Of a stretch of 64,000 nt of DNA, positions 13,412-27,000 are shown piece by piece. Position 1 is the stretch's first letter. Every line of letters begins with the position of its first letter. The notes below the pieces were generated by a model that saw only the letters and a program-made list of their open reading frames with translations, made no database searches and was not told the DNA's origin. This stretch comes from Octopus vulgaris (Eukaryota): positions 44,392,001-44,456,000 of the forward strand of contig OX597823.1 of assembly GCA_951406725.2 (NCBI GenBank), read 5' to 3'. The translations under genes were made by a program, and so were the position numbers.

Positions 13412-14892
13412 TATAAATATGTGTGTGTATATGTATGTATATGCATATATATTTATGTCTGTGTCTTTGTTTGTCCTCCTGCCATTGCTTGACAACTGTT
13501 GTTGGTATGTTTGTGTTCCTGTAATATAGCAGTTTGGTAATGAGACCAAAAGAATAAGTACTAGGCTTACAAAAATAAGTACTGGGGTCGAATTCTTTGA
13601 CTAAAACCCTTTAAGACAGCGCTCCAGCATGGCCACAGTCAAATGACTGAAACATGTAAAAAAAATAAAAGTAAAAGAAAAAAATAAACAAAAAGATGAT
13701 ACTTGCCCAATAGGAAATATATAGTAAGAGTTGTACTTTTGCTAGGTTTCTAACTAAAGCTGGTCATGGTTCCCATCTCAAACAGTATTCGCATTAAAGT
13801 TAGTGATACTTATTTTATCAAAAACGGGCACCTGTAAATGGTCGATTTACTTGCTAGAAATAGCATCCAAATCTTCCTCAAATTATACTCTAAAAACAAA
13901 GTCTGCTTTGAGTCTACTGAATCATGTGGCCAGAACTTATCCAGATTCTCAAAGTGTTTAGGTTAAGAGTCTTAGACTCCCTCTTGGCCAAGACAAGTTA
14001 ACACCTGCCAGATATCACAAGCTTAATACTCAGATATCACTATTACTCATTTTCAGTTAAGAGCACAAAAGCAATGTGAAATAAAGTACTGTGTTCATAG
14101 ACACAAGACATCATTCTGTCCATGAACCAAACCCATGACAACAATCAAAAGCCCAACACCTAAGCACAAAGCTCTTTCATCACTTCCGTCCTACTATTTT
14201 CTAAGCAAACAAAAAGAACACATTACTTAATGTAATCCTAGATACATGGTATCTAAGAACAGACTTGATGGTTATGGCTGAAATGTCTTTCATCATAGGT
14301 CTTCTTAAGCTGGCAGTTCCTGGAACTACACAACCAATAAATCAACTGGGAAATGAAGAGAGGTCTACTTGGACTATATCTATGGATATGAGATTACTTC
14401 CTATGATATGAGTAAGAATTTGTATCTAACTTTGACACTTCTATTATCGTTTTATATTACTGCCTCTAAAGTTAAGATAGATAACAAGTCAATGCAGCAT
14501 TTCTAGGTAATAACCAAGCCTTCTAAATATAACAGCTAATCATCATCATCATGATCATTAAAGCAGTGTGCTGGCAGAATTGTTACTGTGCTGGACAAAA
14601 TGTTTAGCCGTATCTCGAGGAAGAATAGTGGGTTGTATGAGGTCTGGCTGAGGTGGCTGGGGTGAATACAAGATTAACTTTGTTTCTGTTAATGGAATCA
14701 GTGCAGCTTTAGTGTGAGGTATCTAGCTGTATGTGGATGACACTTGACAATAGGTTAGAGAGGATCGATGGGTAATATTATTACATATACACTGGCATGA
14801 ATAAAGATGATGACAAGTACTTTGTTGATGTATAGGAAGAAGAGTATTGGGAACATAACCAAATTTTGGAGCACATCAGAGTAGATAGAGTG

Positions 14893-14929
<37 letters not shown>

Positions 14930-14949
14930 TTCTCTGTTAGCACATGCCA

Positions 14950-15650
14950 TGATGGTGTGATCTGCCAAAAAAACATCAATCTTAGAAATAGCAGACAGAT
15001 GGAGTCATAAGCAAGCAGTTTAGGAAAGAGAATCCAATATGCAGTATGGAATTAGATGCAAGGCAAGCAGCAAATGAGGAAGCTAATTCCAAAGAAGTTC
15101 AGCTAACTGAAGCATCATGGTTAAAATCTTCTGCAGTATATTTGCGAAAGGACCATTTGGAGGATATAGAGTGAACTGTTGTGGTTATGTATGGGATGTG
15201 GAGAGACTTGCCTTAGAGGATGGCTTCAGTCACCAGCTGATCTGTTTCAGATAAGTCAAGGGCAAGGTAGGGGTTGGATTTGGTAGGGACTGGGTTTAGA
15301 GGTGAGAAATAGACCAAAAGTATTTGGAGTACACTTGTCAGTCAGGGATACATGTAAGGGGATGAAACTAATTAATGTATAAAGGGAGGTATTGAAATAT
15401 TTGGTGTTCTGCACTAGCAACAAAAACATAGGATGAATGTGAACGCCAAGAAAGGTTGTGAGGATTGAAGTCACAAGGATAACGACTTCAGAGAGGAGTG
15501 AAATGAAACATATGTCCTCAAGGCAGGTAGCAATATAGTCAGAATTGGTAACTGAAGTCCAGAGGATGACAGATGAAGGGGACGAGTTTAGAGGGGTGGG
15601 TGAGTGAGACATTGAAAAAGAGCAAGTGAAAGTCTTTGTTTTTGCTACCT
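14950..15650 (-). mobile_element. Decayed LINE fragment (APE endonuclease region)
   Basis: The minus strand encodes VVILCDFNPHNLSW (GDFN.H motif); otherwise heavily disrupted, boundaries approximate. Confidence 0.55.
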
Positions 15651-17329
15651 AGATGAAAGAGTTTAAGGAGAGACAGTGGTATTTACATATACATTTAAAC
15701 ATCACTTTTTCAGGATGAAGTTTGATTATAGATGAAACCTGGACAACAGAAATAGATTACAGGTAAGAGATTTGGATTTGAAATGGATTGTAGATAAGAA
15801 ACTATAGCTGAGAAATTTGTGTACTGGAGAAAAATAACATATGTGGCCTGTGTGTTAATAAGAAACAAAATGTAGGATCTACATTGGATCAGAGTTCACA
15901 AATATTAAAAGAAAAAAAGGGACAATTGTCCAGTGAGTTTAATGTCATTTTTTGACATCTAGAGACATAAAAAGAGAGTCAGAGTGCAGTGAGGATTGCA
16001 GTAATGATAATTCCCAAGCAGGAACCTAGTCTGAATGCTTACAACAGATCAAAAACTGTTAAAGATATGAATGGGCCAGGGTGATATGGAACAATGGAGT
16101 CCAGAAATAGACTCCACTGATCAATACTAGAAAATAAAAATAATTTGATGAGGCTAGTATTATTAGACTTAGGTTTTGTAGTAAGAGGTAATACATCATT
16201 AAAGAGAGAACTATCCTTTGGTCCACAAACTAGAGAACTTGTTTTTATATAATTATGGAAGAGTCAAGTAGCCAATGTCAGAAGGTTTAATTGTGAGTTT
16301 CATTATGTTCTCAGTGCTTGCATATTCATGTCTAATGTTGATAGTAACCATCACATATCAAACTAATTTATGGTTGCAGTGAAAGGAGTGGCATGGTGGT
16401 CAAGACTGAATGATCCTACCTAAGGAACTCTTCCTTTATTGTTTCTCAACAGCATTATTTGAAGACAAAGAGGAGGACTGAGAAAGCAATCATGATTTAA
16501 ATCATATTTTATTAAAGGAAATGAGTAGTGGTGGATTAAAATTTTTTGTGTTATTGCCAAGATGTGTTGCTCTCACTTGCCTGCACTGAAACACTTAAGG
16601 GTATAATGTCTTGCTTTGACTATGGTCTTGTTGTTTCCTCAAACGTCAGCACCTCCTTGCACAAGCAAATGCAAATTAGTATATTATTTGTATGATCAAG
16701 TGAAGTGTGGTGAATGAGTGCTTTAGTTATTGTGCTTGGGTGCATTTGAAATGTGTTACATTTACTATAAACAGATCAAGAAGCAAATTAGATTTTAACT
16801 TGTATTTGGACCTTTAAATCAACGTGACATTGATCAAGAAACTGAGTGGTAGTGAAATATTACCACTGATTTTTTTCCAAAGAAACAGATAGTGAAAATG
16901 CTAGTGAGGAAGAGTATCTTTCTTCTGATGTATAAAACATTTCACACCCAATTGCACGATTAAGATGATTTTCATTTGTAGCGTTTTTATTAGACATTGT
17001 CATGCATAATGCAGGTCATTTAATTGAAATAAAAATGTTTTGAACATACAATTGTGACTTCCATCTTTATAGTATTGTTTTTTTTTTTAGAATTCTTTTT
17101 TTACTTGTTTTAGTCATAACACAGCAGCCATGTTGGGGAACCACCTTGAAGAATTTTAGTTAAACAAATCGACCCAGTACTTTTTTAAAGCCTAGTACTT
17201 GTTCTATTGGTCTCTTTTGCTGAACCGCTAAGTTATGGGGCATAAACACACCAATGCCAGTTGTCAAGCGATGGTGGTGGATTAACAGAGACACAGACAC
17301 ATACACACTAGCTCCACCCCCATGTATAT

Positions 17330-18205
17330 ATGAAAGAAATGAAGCCAGTATGCTCTGCTGGATGGGTAATGTCAGTGTGCATATATGACAAAGTGTAAGT
17401 GATCTGAGAGAAAAACTGGGTATACAAGGCATCAGATGTAGTGTGCAAGAGAGAAGACTGCACTGGTATGGCCATGTAATGTGTATGAATGAAGACAGCT
17501 GCATCAAGAAGTGCTGGTCTCTAACTGTAGAGGGAAGATGTAGACGGAGTAGACCCAGGAAGATGTGGTTGAAGTGGTGAGAAAGGATCTGCAGATGTTG
17601 GGACTCACAGAGGGGATGACAGGGGACCAAGAGTTTGTTGTGCTTGAGAAAACATGCCAAGCTAAGTAAAACCATGGTTGTCCTTGCTTACAGGCTTTCT
17701 TCTGCATCCCTCTTCAGCTGAGCATTCCTAATGCCATGGGCTTGTAGGTGCTGGTGCCACATAAAAACCACCCATACCTATTTCTTTACTACCCACAATG
17801 GGATAAACACAGAGGGGACAAACAAGGACAGACAAACAGATTAAGTTGATTACATCGATCCCAGTGCGTAACTGGTGCTTAATTTATCGACCCCAAAAGG
17901 ATGAAAGACAAAGTTGACCTCAGCGGAACATGAACTCAGAATGTAGCAGCAGACGAAATATCGCTAGGCATCTCGCCTGGCGTGCTAACAATTCTGCCTG
18001 CTCACTGCCTTCAAAACCACCCATACCAGCACCTATGTTGGTGCTGTGTAAAAACACCCAGTACACTCTGTAAAGTGGTTGGCATTAAGAAGGGCATATA
18101 GGCATAGAAACCATGCCAAAACAGACATGGGGCCTGGGCAGCTCTCCAGCTGACCAGCTCCTGTCAGGCCACACAATCCAGACGTTAAATGATGGTGGTG
18201 ATGAG
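17330..18205 (+). mobile_element. Decayed RTE LINE 3' fragment interrupted by a SINE
   Basis: Encodes ..ERRLHWYGHV.....CIKKC......GR.R. and is followed by the RTE 3' UTR and gatggtggtgatga tail. Confidence 0.75.
17779..18012 (-). mobile_element. tRNA-derived SINE with 15-bp TSD
   Basis: TSD aaaaccacccatacc on both sides; the body has the ctttcatccttttggggtcgataaattaagcaccag core shared with 53053-53285. Confidence 0.85.
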
Positions 18206-18759
18206 GCTTCTTTCAGTTTTTGTCTATCAAATCCATTTACAAGGCTTTGATCAGCCCCCAGGCTGTATTAGGAGACACTTGTCCAAAGTGGCATACAGTG
18301 GGACTGAACCTGGAACTATGTGACTAGAAAGCAAACTTCTTACCACACAGCTATTTCTAATCTGTGGAGAATTAAGATCTAGTGGCTAAGGGTTTGAAGA
18401 ACAGTTTTTAGAAGATGCATCACAGGGGTCTCCTCAAGCAGTGGGCCTTCACAAGCAGCAGGGCCTCTGGGGATTAATATTGAAAAGGTATCGGAAACAT
18501 TACTTGGTAGCCTCCTGGTATTTGTAGTGCAGTGGCCTATAAAACCTTTATCAATCTCTGTAAGTGAGAATGATAAGTACAGCAAAGAAAAAGGGAGTGT
18601 TTGAATGTCTATGGAAGTGTGACCTAAGTAGATATCCAACTTTAAAAATATTTTAATTGATCTAGTTATATATGCACGTATATTTGTACACACACACACA
18701 CACACACACGTATAAGCGTGCATGTGTGAAGTGCGCGTGAACATCAGAGAAAGAGGGAG

Positions 18760-20100
18760 AGGGAGGGAGGGAGCGATCGATAGTTACATAATCATTTAAA
18801 TATTTCTTACAAAATCCAGACGAGTATTCAACCGAACACGTTGAATGATTAATTATTTAGATTGACGAACGTTTAACCTCGCGTTACCGATAATTCGCTC
18901 GTCACTTCTATATTTTCTATATTTGATTTATATGTATGACTTTGAATTAAAAAAAAAAAATGTTGTTTCGTTGACGAATGAAGCTAAAATTTGATAGTTT
19001 TAAAAAAAAAAAAAATATATATATTTTAATTATGCACAAAGGTGAGAATAGCGCTGGCTCATCTTCAATGACACAACGAGGTCAAGATGAACGATGTAGG
19101 AACGACTGGAGTCTGAACAAAATAAAAATAAAAATAAACAACAAGGGAGACAACCGTTATTTAGGTCTCTTAACTCTCCATGACCGAACGAGAGAAAGAG
19201 AAAGGGAGAAAGTAAATGAGAAAGTGTAACAGCAGATAACGATACACACAACACGTTATTTGAAGAAGACGTTTATAATGGTGATGTACTGTGTTACTAT
19301 TGTTAATAGTGTATAGCTTCGTTTTGTTTTTTTATGTGAAGAGAAGTAGAAAGGAAAAAACATCCTTGATATGACCCGTTTGTTGATTAAGGTTATGTAT
19401 TATGGACCGATTTGCACAACATTGGACCACTAACTTTACGCTGTCAAATCCACATGGTAAGGTTTTGATTATAAAAATTTACTATTCCAGATCGTTTTTA
19501 TGAAATTGTGTTATGATTTTTGGTAGTTGTATTCATGTGAAAGAGAATCGATGACTTTTCCTATGGATGCTTGCGTAGGTGGTGTCTTAAGTTTTTTTTT
19601 GTTTTTTCTTTCATATTTGTTTCGTCCTTCTGTATGTGTTGCTTGTGAAGCTACTGTTTCTTATTGTGCTACTTGAAGATTTTTTTTTCCATGAAAATCA
19701 TGAAATTGACTAAGACACTCACATACAGAAGTATATAAATGTATAATGTATGTTTATATCCCTGAAAACTCATGATATTTTGTGCAAAAATGAAATAAAA
19801 TACAGCAAATACGAGTGCTGTCAGCGACCCATACGCACATACAGACACGTATTTGTGCTCGCAGGAAATGAAAATCGAACTCGATTGTGACGGAATTGTG
19901 TGTAGAAATGCGTAACGTTAGGATTATTCGTTGTCATTAGGAAAAGCTGATTAACTTTTTTTCGAAAACGCGCGATATTTTACAATTTCTATTATGGAAG
20001 ACATATTTCTGTTTCTTTGGCTTCCGATCTGTTAAATTTGATGTCGATTCTTATTACCTATCTCCCCTGTTTGCTCATTGATATGTCAGTGTCCTCTTTA
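18760..20100. promoter_or_regulatory. Putative promoter region, possibly bidirectional
   Basis: Visibly higher CpG frequency (cgatcga, accgaacacg, cgcgttaccga, aacgcgcga) than the CpG-poor flanks, no recognisable TE, and splice donors facing outward on both strands (minus-strand GTAAG at 18806-18810; plus-strand at 19457). Confidence 0.5.
19230..19456 (+). other. Candidate first (non-coding) exon of the ROCO gene; start approximate
   Basis: Donor ATG|GTAAGG after 19456 inside a repeat-free, CpG-retaining segment. The TSS cannot be determined from sequence. Confidence 0.45.
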
Positions 20101-22577
20101 GAACAAGTTTTCATTTGATTGATTAATTACATTGTTTTAAATATAAATAAATAAATATATATATATTTAAAACAGATTCCGTGTAAGTTTATATTTATTT
20201 GTGTATTTAATTAACACGGTAGTTAACTAATTATAAGTACTTTATTTCTTGAGTATCAAGTTCAGTTTTTATGGGGACAGTAGATGGGTAGGCGTGTCGT
20301 TCATGCCTTTCCTAACATGCATAGTGACATCCATAACATACATACACATCTTGCATGTAGTGGATTTTAAAAAATAATCTATACGTATACACAACTAGGT
20401 TATGTCGTCCACATACATGGGTAATAAATAATTCACAGGCTAAACATAACCTGAGAGTTGTGTCTGATATTACACCGGAATTTATCTTCTTTGAAGACTT
20501 GTATGGTCATTCAAGTGATAATGCGTGAGACTGGTGCTTGTTAATGTGCTCGTAAGGACGATGATATAGTGTGAAGCTGGACGTTACAAAAATATTTGCT
20601 CGTGAATGGTCACCCAAATCAAATTTTTGTTTTGAAGTAGAATTCTTATCGGAAGTGAAATGCCACAAGATGAGAAACAAGAGATTAAGAATTTCAGTGA
20701 GAACTTGTTGATGAAGCAAATGTTTTTTTCTTCAGAGCATCTTTAGAGATTTTCAGTGAATGATCAAAATGTGTACATCATTCTAGATACAAACACTGTA
20801 AACTCCAGGACAGAACGGGTACCTTGTCAACAGCTGCCGTGAGCTGGAATATTTGTTAGCACTGAAGAGAAAGCCAAACAATCTCATTGCTGTTCTGGTA
20901 ATGTCTGGAATCTGAAGTTTCGGATTCTTGTTGTTAAATAAATCAGTCCTGATTAAGCAGACTTATTGCACATTGTTATTATTGAATGATATGAAGCAAC
21001 CCATAAATTCAACTACTCAGGTCTGCACCTGTACGATTTCTGTTGTGTTTAGAGTCAAACTTCAGTGTTTTTATCACTGCTATTTGAGGTTGTTAATATT
21101 AAGGTTTGTCATCTTTCGATTTTGGCTTTAAAACCTCTGGTCTTAATTTTTGTGTCAATAAGGAGTTAGTTAAAGGGCATTTGGTTGTTACATTTAACAG
21201 GTGAAGATTTTATGTAGAAATTCCATCAACTTTTTATTTTTTTATTTTTCCATGATACAAAATGAATTCTTGGGATATTTTGTTAAGAGAATTCTGAAAA
21301 TTGGAGAGTTTTCAATTGTTAAAGCTGGTAGTTTTATGCAATCTGTTTTTTTTTTCCTCTTAAAGAACTGGACTCTATGTGTATGTTTGTACACACATAT
21401 ACACCTTAGTTTCATCATATCACCTTGAATATAGTTCTTATTTGATCACAAAAGCTAAACAACATTGAGCTTAGTTTGTACTTAGAGGAGGTGACCACTT
21501 GGAAACCGAGATGTTATAAGCACAACCTTCAGTTGGCATCACAAAGAGAATCAAGCCAAAGAATACTGCCTGAAGTTTCATCCAATCCATGTAAGCATTG
21601 ATAAAGTGGATGTAAACATGATGAGGATAACACACACACATACCCATACACAAAATATAATTTGTTAACAAGAAACACATTAAGAATGTAATTATGCTAT
21701 CCAGAGAAAAAGTTCTTATTGCTGTACTTATGAAAAATTGTACACTGCACTATGGAAATATCTATAATACTTAGAACTTAAAACTATTTCTAAGGGCTTA
21801 TGTAAACGGGTTAGACCGATTTGCACATGTAATGCAATATTGGCAGCTAGTTTGGTTAATAAATTATTGCTGCATTAATAATGTTTAGCTCCAGTGCTTT
21901 ATTAGTACTGTATAAAAGAGGGGGAAAATGTCATTAATGCATTAGTAATTTATTATGAGAAATGTGTTGAAGTGATCCTCACTGCAAAAGCACTCTGATA
22001 TTTCATTATTAATGTTATCTTTTTTTTTGTTTTTATTTTATACTATATTTATGTTAGTTTTCTTGTGACTTATCAGTGTAGTGGTTCTGAGAGACAAATT
22101 TTCTCTGTCCAGATTAATTAAGAAGTAGACAAATAGTTGTGTCCATTGAAACTAATTCTGGTGAAGGAGAATCTCTTTTATGTAGATGACTGATTAGTGA
22201 ATTCCAAGTTGAAAAATATTTTTGTTGTCCAGCTTTCACATTGTACTAGTTAAGACTTATATGGATAGAGAGACCCGAATAAGGAACACTTATCGAGAAG
22301 AGTAGAGTTAGATATTGCTATAGGACATAGTTCTGCTGGGAAGACTAGAAATAATTATTGACAAATTTGGAAGGAACTAAAATCAGGAAGTAGCTGCAGG
22401 AAACTGTATGTAGAGGCTAAACTGAAAGCTAATTTTTAGATATGCCGAAGTAGTAGAAAAACAAAAAGTAGGTTTCACATACTCTATGGCAAGGTGAAAG
22501 ATGATATTAAGTATTTCCAAGCGTTCTATTGTACATAAGGATCTTCATATTGTAGAGAAGTTTATCCCATAAGATAG

Positions 22578-22755
22578 TGGTTTCAAATTTTGGCACAAGG
22601 CCAGCAATTTCGGTGCTCAACTGGCACTTATTTTATCAACCCTGAAAGGATGACAAGCAAAGTTGACCTTGGTGGAATTTGAACTCAGAACTTAAAGAGG
22701 GACAAAATACTACCTTTTGTCCAGTGTGCTAACAATTCTGCCAGCTTGTCACCTT
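22578..22755 (-). mobile_element. tRNA-derived SINE (same head and core as 17779, different tail)
   Basis: gaactcagaac...tgctaacaattctgccagct; related copies at ~42005-42225, 54695-54875, 62440-62620 and 63290-63440. Confidence 0.7.
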
Positions 22756-22888
22756 CGTCTCATAAGATATTAATTCAATTATCTGTGTTGACACTTTGGA
22801 AAGAAATGTCACTTCAGTAGGTTAATGAATAAAGAATATTAATAATGACTGTGATAGAAATAACTTAACTTCAAAGGTAATGGAAATA

Positions 22889-23296
22889 TTAGGTTGGTGC
22901 ATAATTATTGCAGTTTTTTTTCAATAAATTTTATTCAACAAAAAAATTAAACAAAACGCCAAGCAGAAATTGAAGTAGATGGTGAATATGCTCCGGAGTA
23001 ATCATTTAACCCTTTAGCATTTAAACCGGCCAAAAGTATTCTGCCTGTTTTATGTTCAAACTGGCTAGATCTGGTCTCTCACACCAACCCAACAATATCG
23101 TTTTAAAAATTAACAGCTACCTCATAGCTACAAGATAATGCATGATTACTTCAAAACAATGTGGATGAAAAAGCATTAATTTTGGCAGAATAATGCGAAC
23201 ACTAAAGGGTTAAAGATGGTTTTGTTGAATGTTATTATTGTTATTATTGAATAAAATTTATTGAAAAAAAGCCACAATAATTATGCACCAACCTAG
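22889..23296. mobile_element. Mariner-type MITE with TA TSD, containing a nested piggyBac MITE
   Basis: TIRs TTAGGTTGGTGCATAATTATTG... / ...CAATAATTATGCACCAACCTAG flanked by TA. Confidence 0.85.
23010..23209 (+). mobile_element. piggyBac-type MITE (TTAA TSD)
   Basis: TTAA-CCCTTTAGCATT ... CACTAAAGGG-TTAA. Confidence 0.85.
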
Positions 23297-23833
23297 TATA
23301 TTTAGAGTGTAAATTACAGTGGTCTCTAGGTAATAGATGAAGTTACTTTTAACAGATTTCTTCAACAAAGTACTAACATGCAGCCAATATCAGGAAAAAC
23401 TTAAGCATTCACCAACTATCAACCAAATTAGAAGCCTTCATATGATCACTCAACTTGCTAGAAATATCAGCCAAATCTCTCTCTTGAAAAAGGCAGGATG
23501 TATTAAATAATGTCATCCTTAGGGAAGGACAAGGTAATCGTAGTCGAAATGCTTTTAATCATAGGTCTACTTAGACAGGGCTAACCTGTGGTTAAGCGAC
23601 AGCCATCCTAAAAATAATAGGAAGGTGAATGCTATATGGTGTAACCAGTTATATGAAGCATAGGCATGACTGTGTAAGAGGTTTGCTTCCCAACCACATG
23701 ATTTTGAGCTCAGTCCCACTGCTTGACACTTTGGGCAAGCATCTTATACTATAGCCTCAGGCTAACTAAAGCCTTATGAATGGATTTGGTAGATGGAAAC
23801 TGAAAGAAGCCTGTCATATATGTATATGTTCAT

Positions 23834-25555
23834 ATCATCATCATCATCGTTTAACGTCCGTTTTCCGTGCTAGCACGGGTTGGACAGTTCGACCAGGGTC
23901 TGGGAAGCCAGGGGCAGCACCAAGCTCCAGTGTGATCTGGCAGTGTTTCTACGGCTGGATGTCCTTCCTAACGCCAACCACTCCGCGAGTGTAGTGGGTG
24001 CTTTTTACGTGCCACCTGCACAGGTGCCAGGGGGGGGGGTCTGGCATCGGCCACGATCGGTTGGTGCTTTTAACGTGCCACCAACACGGAAGCCAGCCAA
24101 GGCGGCGCTGGCATCAGCCATGTTCGGATGGTGCTTTTTGTGCCACCGGCACAGAAGCCAGTCGAGGCGGCGCTGGCATCGGCCATGTTCAGATGGTGCT
24201 TTTTATGTGCCACCGGCACAGAAGCCAGTCGAGGCGGCGCTGGCAACGGCCACGTTCGGATGGTGCTTTTTATGTGCCACCGGCACAGGTATCACAACTA
24301 CTATTTCTATTGATATTTGTTTCGATGTTCATGTACATGCACTTGACTCAACAGGTCTCCTCAAGCACAGCGAGATGTTCTGTGAGGTACTTTGAATGGG
24401 CAGGGGCTATGCGGAACTGGTGCCGGAAGCATCCCGGGTCTTTGCAGTCACAGCACATCTCCAGAGATCTCGGTCCTTCGCCATTGCCTCAGTGAGGCCC
24501 AACGCTCTGAGGTCATGCTTGACTACCTCATCATATGTCTTCCTGGGTCTACCTCTCCCCCTGATTCCTTCAACTGTTTGGGAGCGGCACTTCTTCACAC
24601 ATCTCTCCTCATCCATCCGCAGTACATGACCATACCATCGCAGGCGTCGCTCTTGCACACCACATCTGATGCTTCTTATGTCCAGCATTTCTCTCAGGGT
24701 GCTTACACTCTGTCGTGCATTCACACTGACATTACACATCCAGCGGATCATGCTAGCTTCATTTCTTTCAAGTCTGCGCATGTCCTCTGCAGTCACGGCC
24801 CATGTTTCACTACCGTGAAGCATGGCAGTTCGCACACATGCATCATACAATCTACTTTTCACTCTGAGTGAGAGACCCTTTGTCGCCAGTAGGGGTAGGA
24901 GCTTTCTAAACTTTGCCCAGGCTATTCGTATTCTAGTGGTGACACTCTCTGAGCATCCCCCTCCACTACTAACTTGGTCACCCAGGTAGCGGAAACTATC
25001 AACTACTTCTAGTTTCTTTCCCTGGAGTGTGATGGAATCTGTTTTCCGAGTATTTGTGGTGTCTATTGTCCCTGTGCATCTGCCGCACATGAAAGCTATC
25101 TTATCAGTTAATTTCCCTTTAATGTTGCTGCACCTCTTATGCATCCATAGCTTACACTGGGTGCATCTTATGGAGTTTCTACCTACACCTTTCCTACAGA
25201 TCGAGCAGGGCCACCTGCCCGATGGGGTGTGTGCTGAGTTCGCCTTTCTGCTTACTATAACTTTGGTCTTTGCTACATTTACTCTAAGGCCTTTTGATTC
25301 TAACCCTTGTTTCCACACCTGAAATTTCTTTTCTAGTTCCGGTAGTGATTCTGCTATGAGAGCCAGGTCATCAGCATAGAGGAGCACCCAGGGGCAACCT
25401 GTTTTGAATTCCTCTGTTATTGCCTGGAGGACTATGATGAATAAAAGGGGACTGAGGGCTGAGCCTTGGTGTACACCTACTTCTACCCGGAATTCTTCAC
25501 TATATTCGTTGCCAATCCTAACCTTGCTGACAGCCTCTCTGTATAGGGCCTGTAC
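23834..25555 (-). mobile_element. Young 5'-truncated RTE (BovB-like) LINE: RT C-terminal half, PHD-like finger, 3' UTR and (GAT)n tail
   Basis: ORF 24407-25708 contains GVHQGSALSPLLF, LLYADDL, GLRVNVAKTK, FRYLG and ERRLRWYGHV, uninterrupted for ~380 codons. The tandem-repeat UTR and catcatcatcgtttaacgtccg tail lie at 23834-24400. Confidence 0.92.
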
Positions 25556-25749
25556 ATATATATATTTGTGTGTGTGTTCATGTTTCCTTGTCATATAATT
25601 TTGATGGTTATAAATGAGTACCATCATCATGCAAGTAGTGTCATTTGTTGCCAGTTTGCCATGAAACATGTCTAGCCATGAGGAAGTATTAACTATGGTT
25701 GGAAACAAGTGAGAGTTGGCAACATGAAGGGTATCTGACTAGAAAAGTG

Positions 25750-26400
25750 GTATATAGATGTATGCTATGTGTATGAGTTAAGATGGAAGAGAGCCTCAGC
25801 TAGGCTTCACATGGACAGGGAACAAAGATTTAAATTCATCTAAGCAGGCAAGAGTGATAGTGTGGCGGATGTAGGCATACTTTTGACAAGACAAATGGGT
25901 AGATAATTTGATCAAGGTAGTCAGAATGTGTCATATAATAGTTAAGATTAAACGAATCTTAGAAAATGTAGCAGTGACATCTCTGCATTTGTTCCACAAT
26001 CTGGAATTTCAGATGAACAAGGATTAATTTTATGATGCTTTTTCATAGATTATCTTAATGTCCATAACCTTATCATGGCTACTGACTTCAACAGATATGT
26101 TGGACAAGCATTCTGATGGATTCCATGGAAACTCATTAGATGAGTTGCAGTTTGGTTTTGTGTCCAAAAATGTACTACTGATGCTCTCACCCTATTAAGG
26201 CAAATGCTGAAGAAATATATGAACGACGCATAAAGGAGTGCTGAACTCTGAAAATGAATGGGATCTGTGGAAGAGGGAGACCAAGAAAACTTAGGATGAC
26301 ACGATGATGGTTGATTTCAAGATGTTGCATTCCATGAAGAAGATGACAGATGAAAATATGATTAGTGGTATGCAATGTGTGAAAAAACCTCACTGCATGT
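25750..26400 (+). mobile_element. Heavily decayed RTE LINE fragments
   Basis: Traces of the endonuclease (GVGILL, DFN..VG) and the C-terminal GRGRPRK motif. Confidence 0.5.
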
Positions 26401-27000
26401 GGAAACATGACAAAATGTATGTTAAAATGGAAATTGGGATATATATCTACATCTAGCCCTTTCATTTTGTACCTGCCAAGTCTCCATTATATACTCTGAT
26501 ATCCTCTCATCTGTATACTGCACCTTCTCTATTTATCATACCTAGCCATCCAAATGAGAGAAGCTTAAGGTCTCTCTACATCCAAACCATAACTCTTCCA
26601 TTATTTTTATGTTTCTTATTCTTTTTTTCTTGCGACTGCATTGCTTGTACAACAAGGGACTACTTTGGTTCTGTTAATAACTGATTCATTCCTTTGATAT
26701 CTTGACACTTCCTCTCTCTCAGTTGACATTTTTTCTGTTGATATTCATCACTATTGTATCAGCAAATATTACCTTTCTAGTCTGCTTTCATTGACATATA
26801 TTTCATGTACATACAGACACAGACTCACATATCTCTTGCTAGTGTTTAGTACATCTCTTATCTTTCACCATTCACCACATTCTGTTACTTTCATACCAGC
26901 ATCTAGTACCTACTTCCTATACTTCTTTTTTGAGGGATCATTGGTACTGTTGTTATCTGATATATCCCCTCCCTGGTTCTCTCTCTCATACCCGCAGAGA

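Noticed and set aside
23990-24290. Regularly spaced ggtgctttttatgtgccaccggcac repeats resembling a CRISPR array (also 9090-9330 and 33290-33520)
   Set aside because: Spacers are similar to one another, the context is eukaryotic, no cas genes are present, and they are tandem units of the RTE 3' UTR.
25556-25708. N-terminal ~50 aa of the 433-aa RTE ORF
   Set aside because: Chance extension into flanking microsatellite and other repeat; RT homology starts near 25555.
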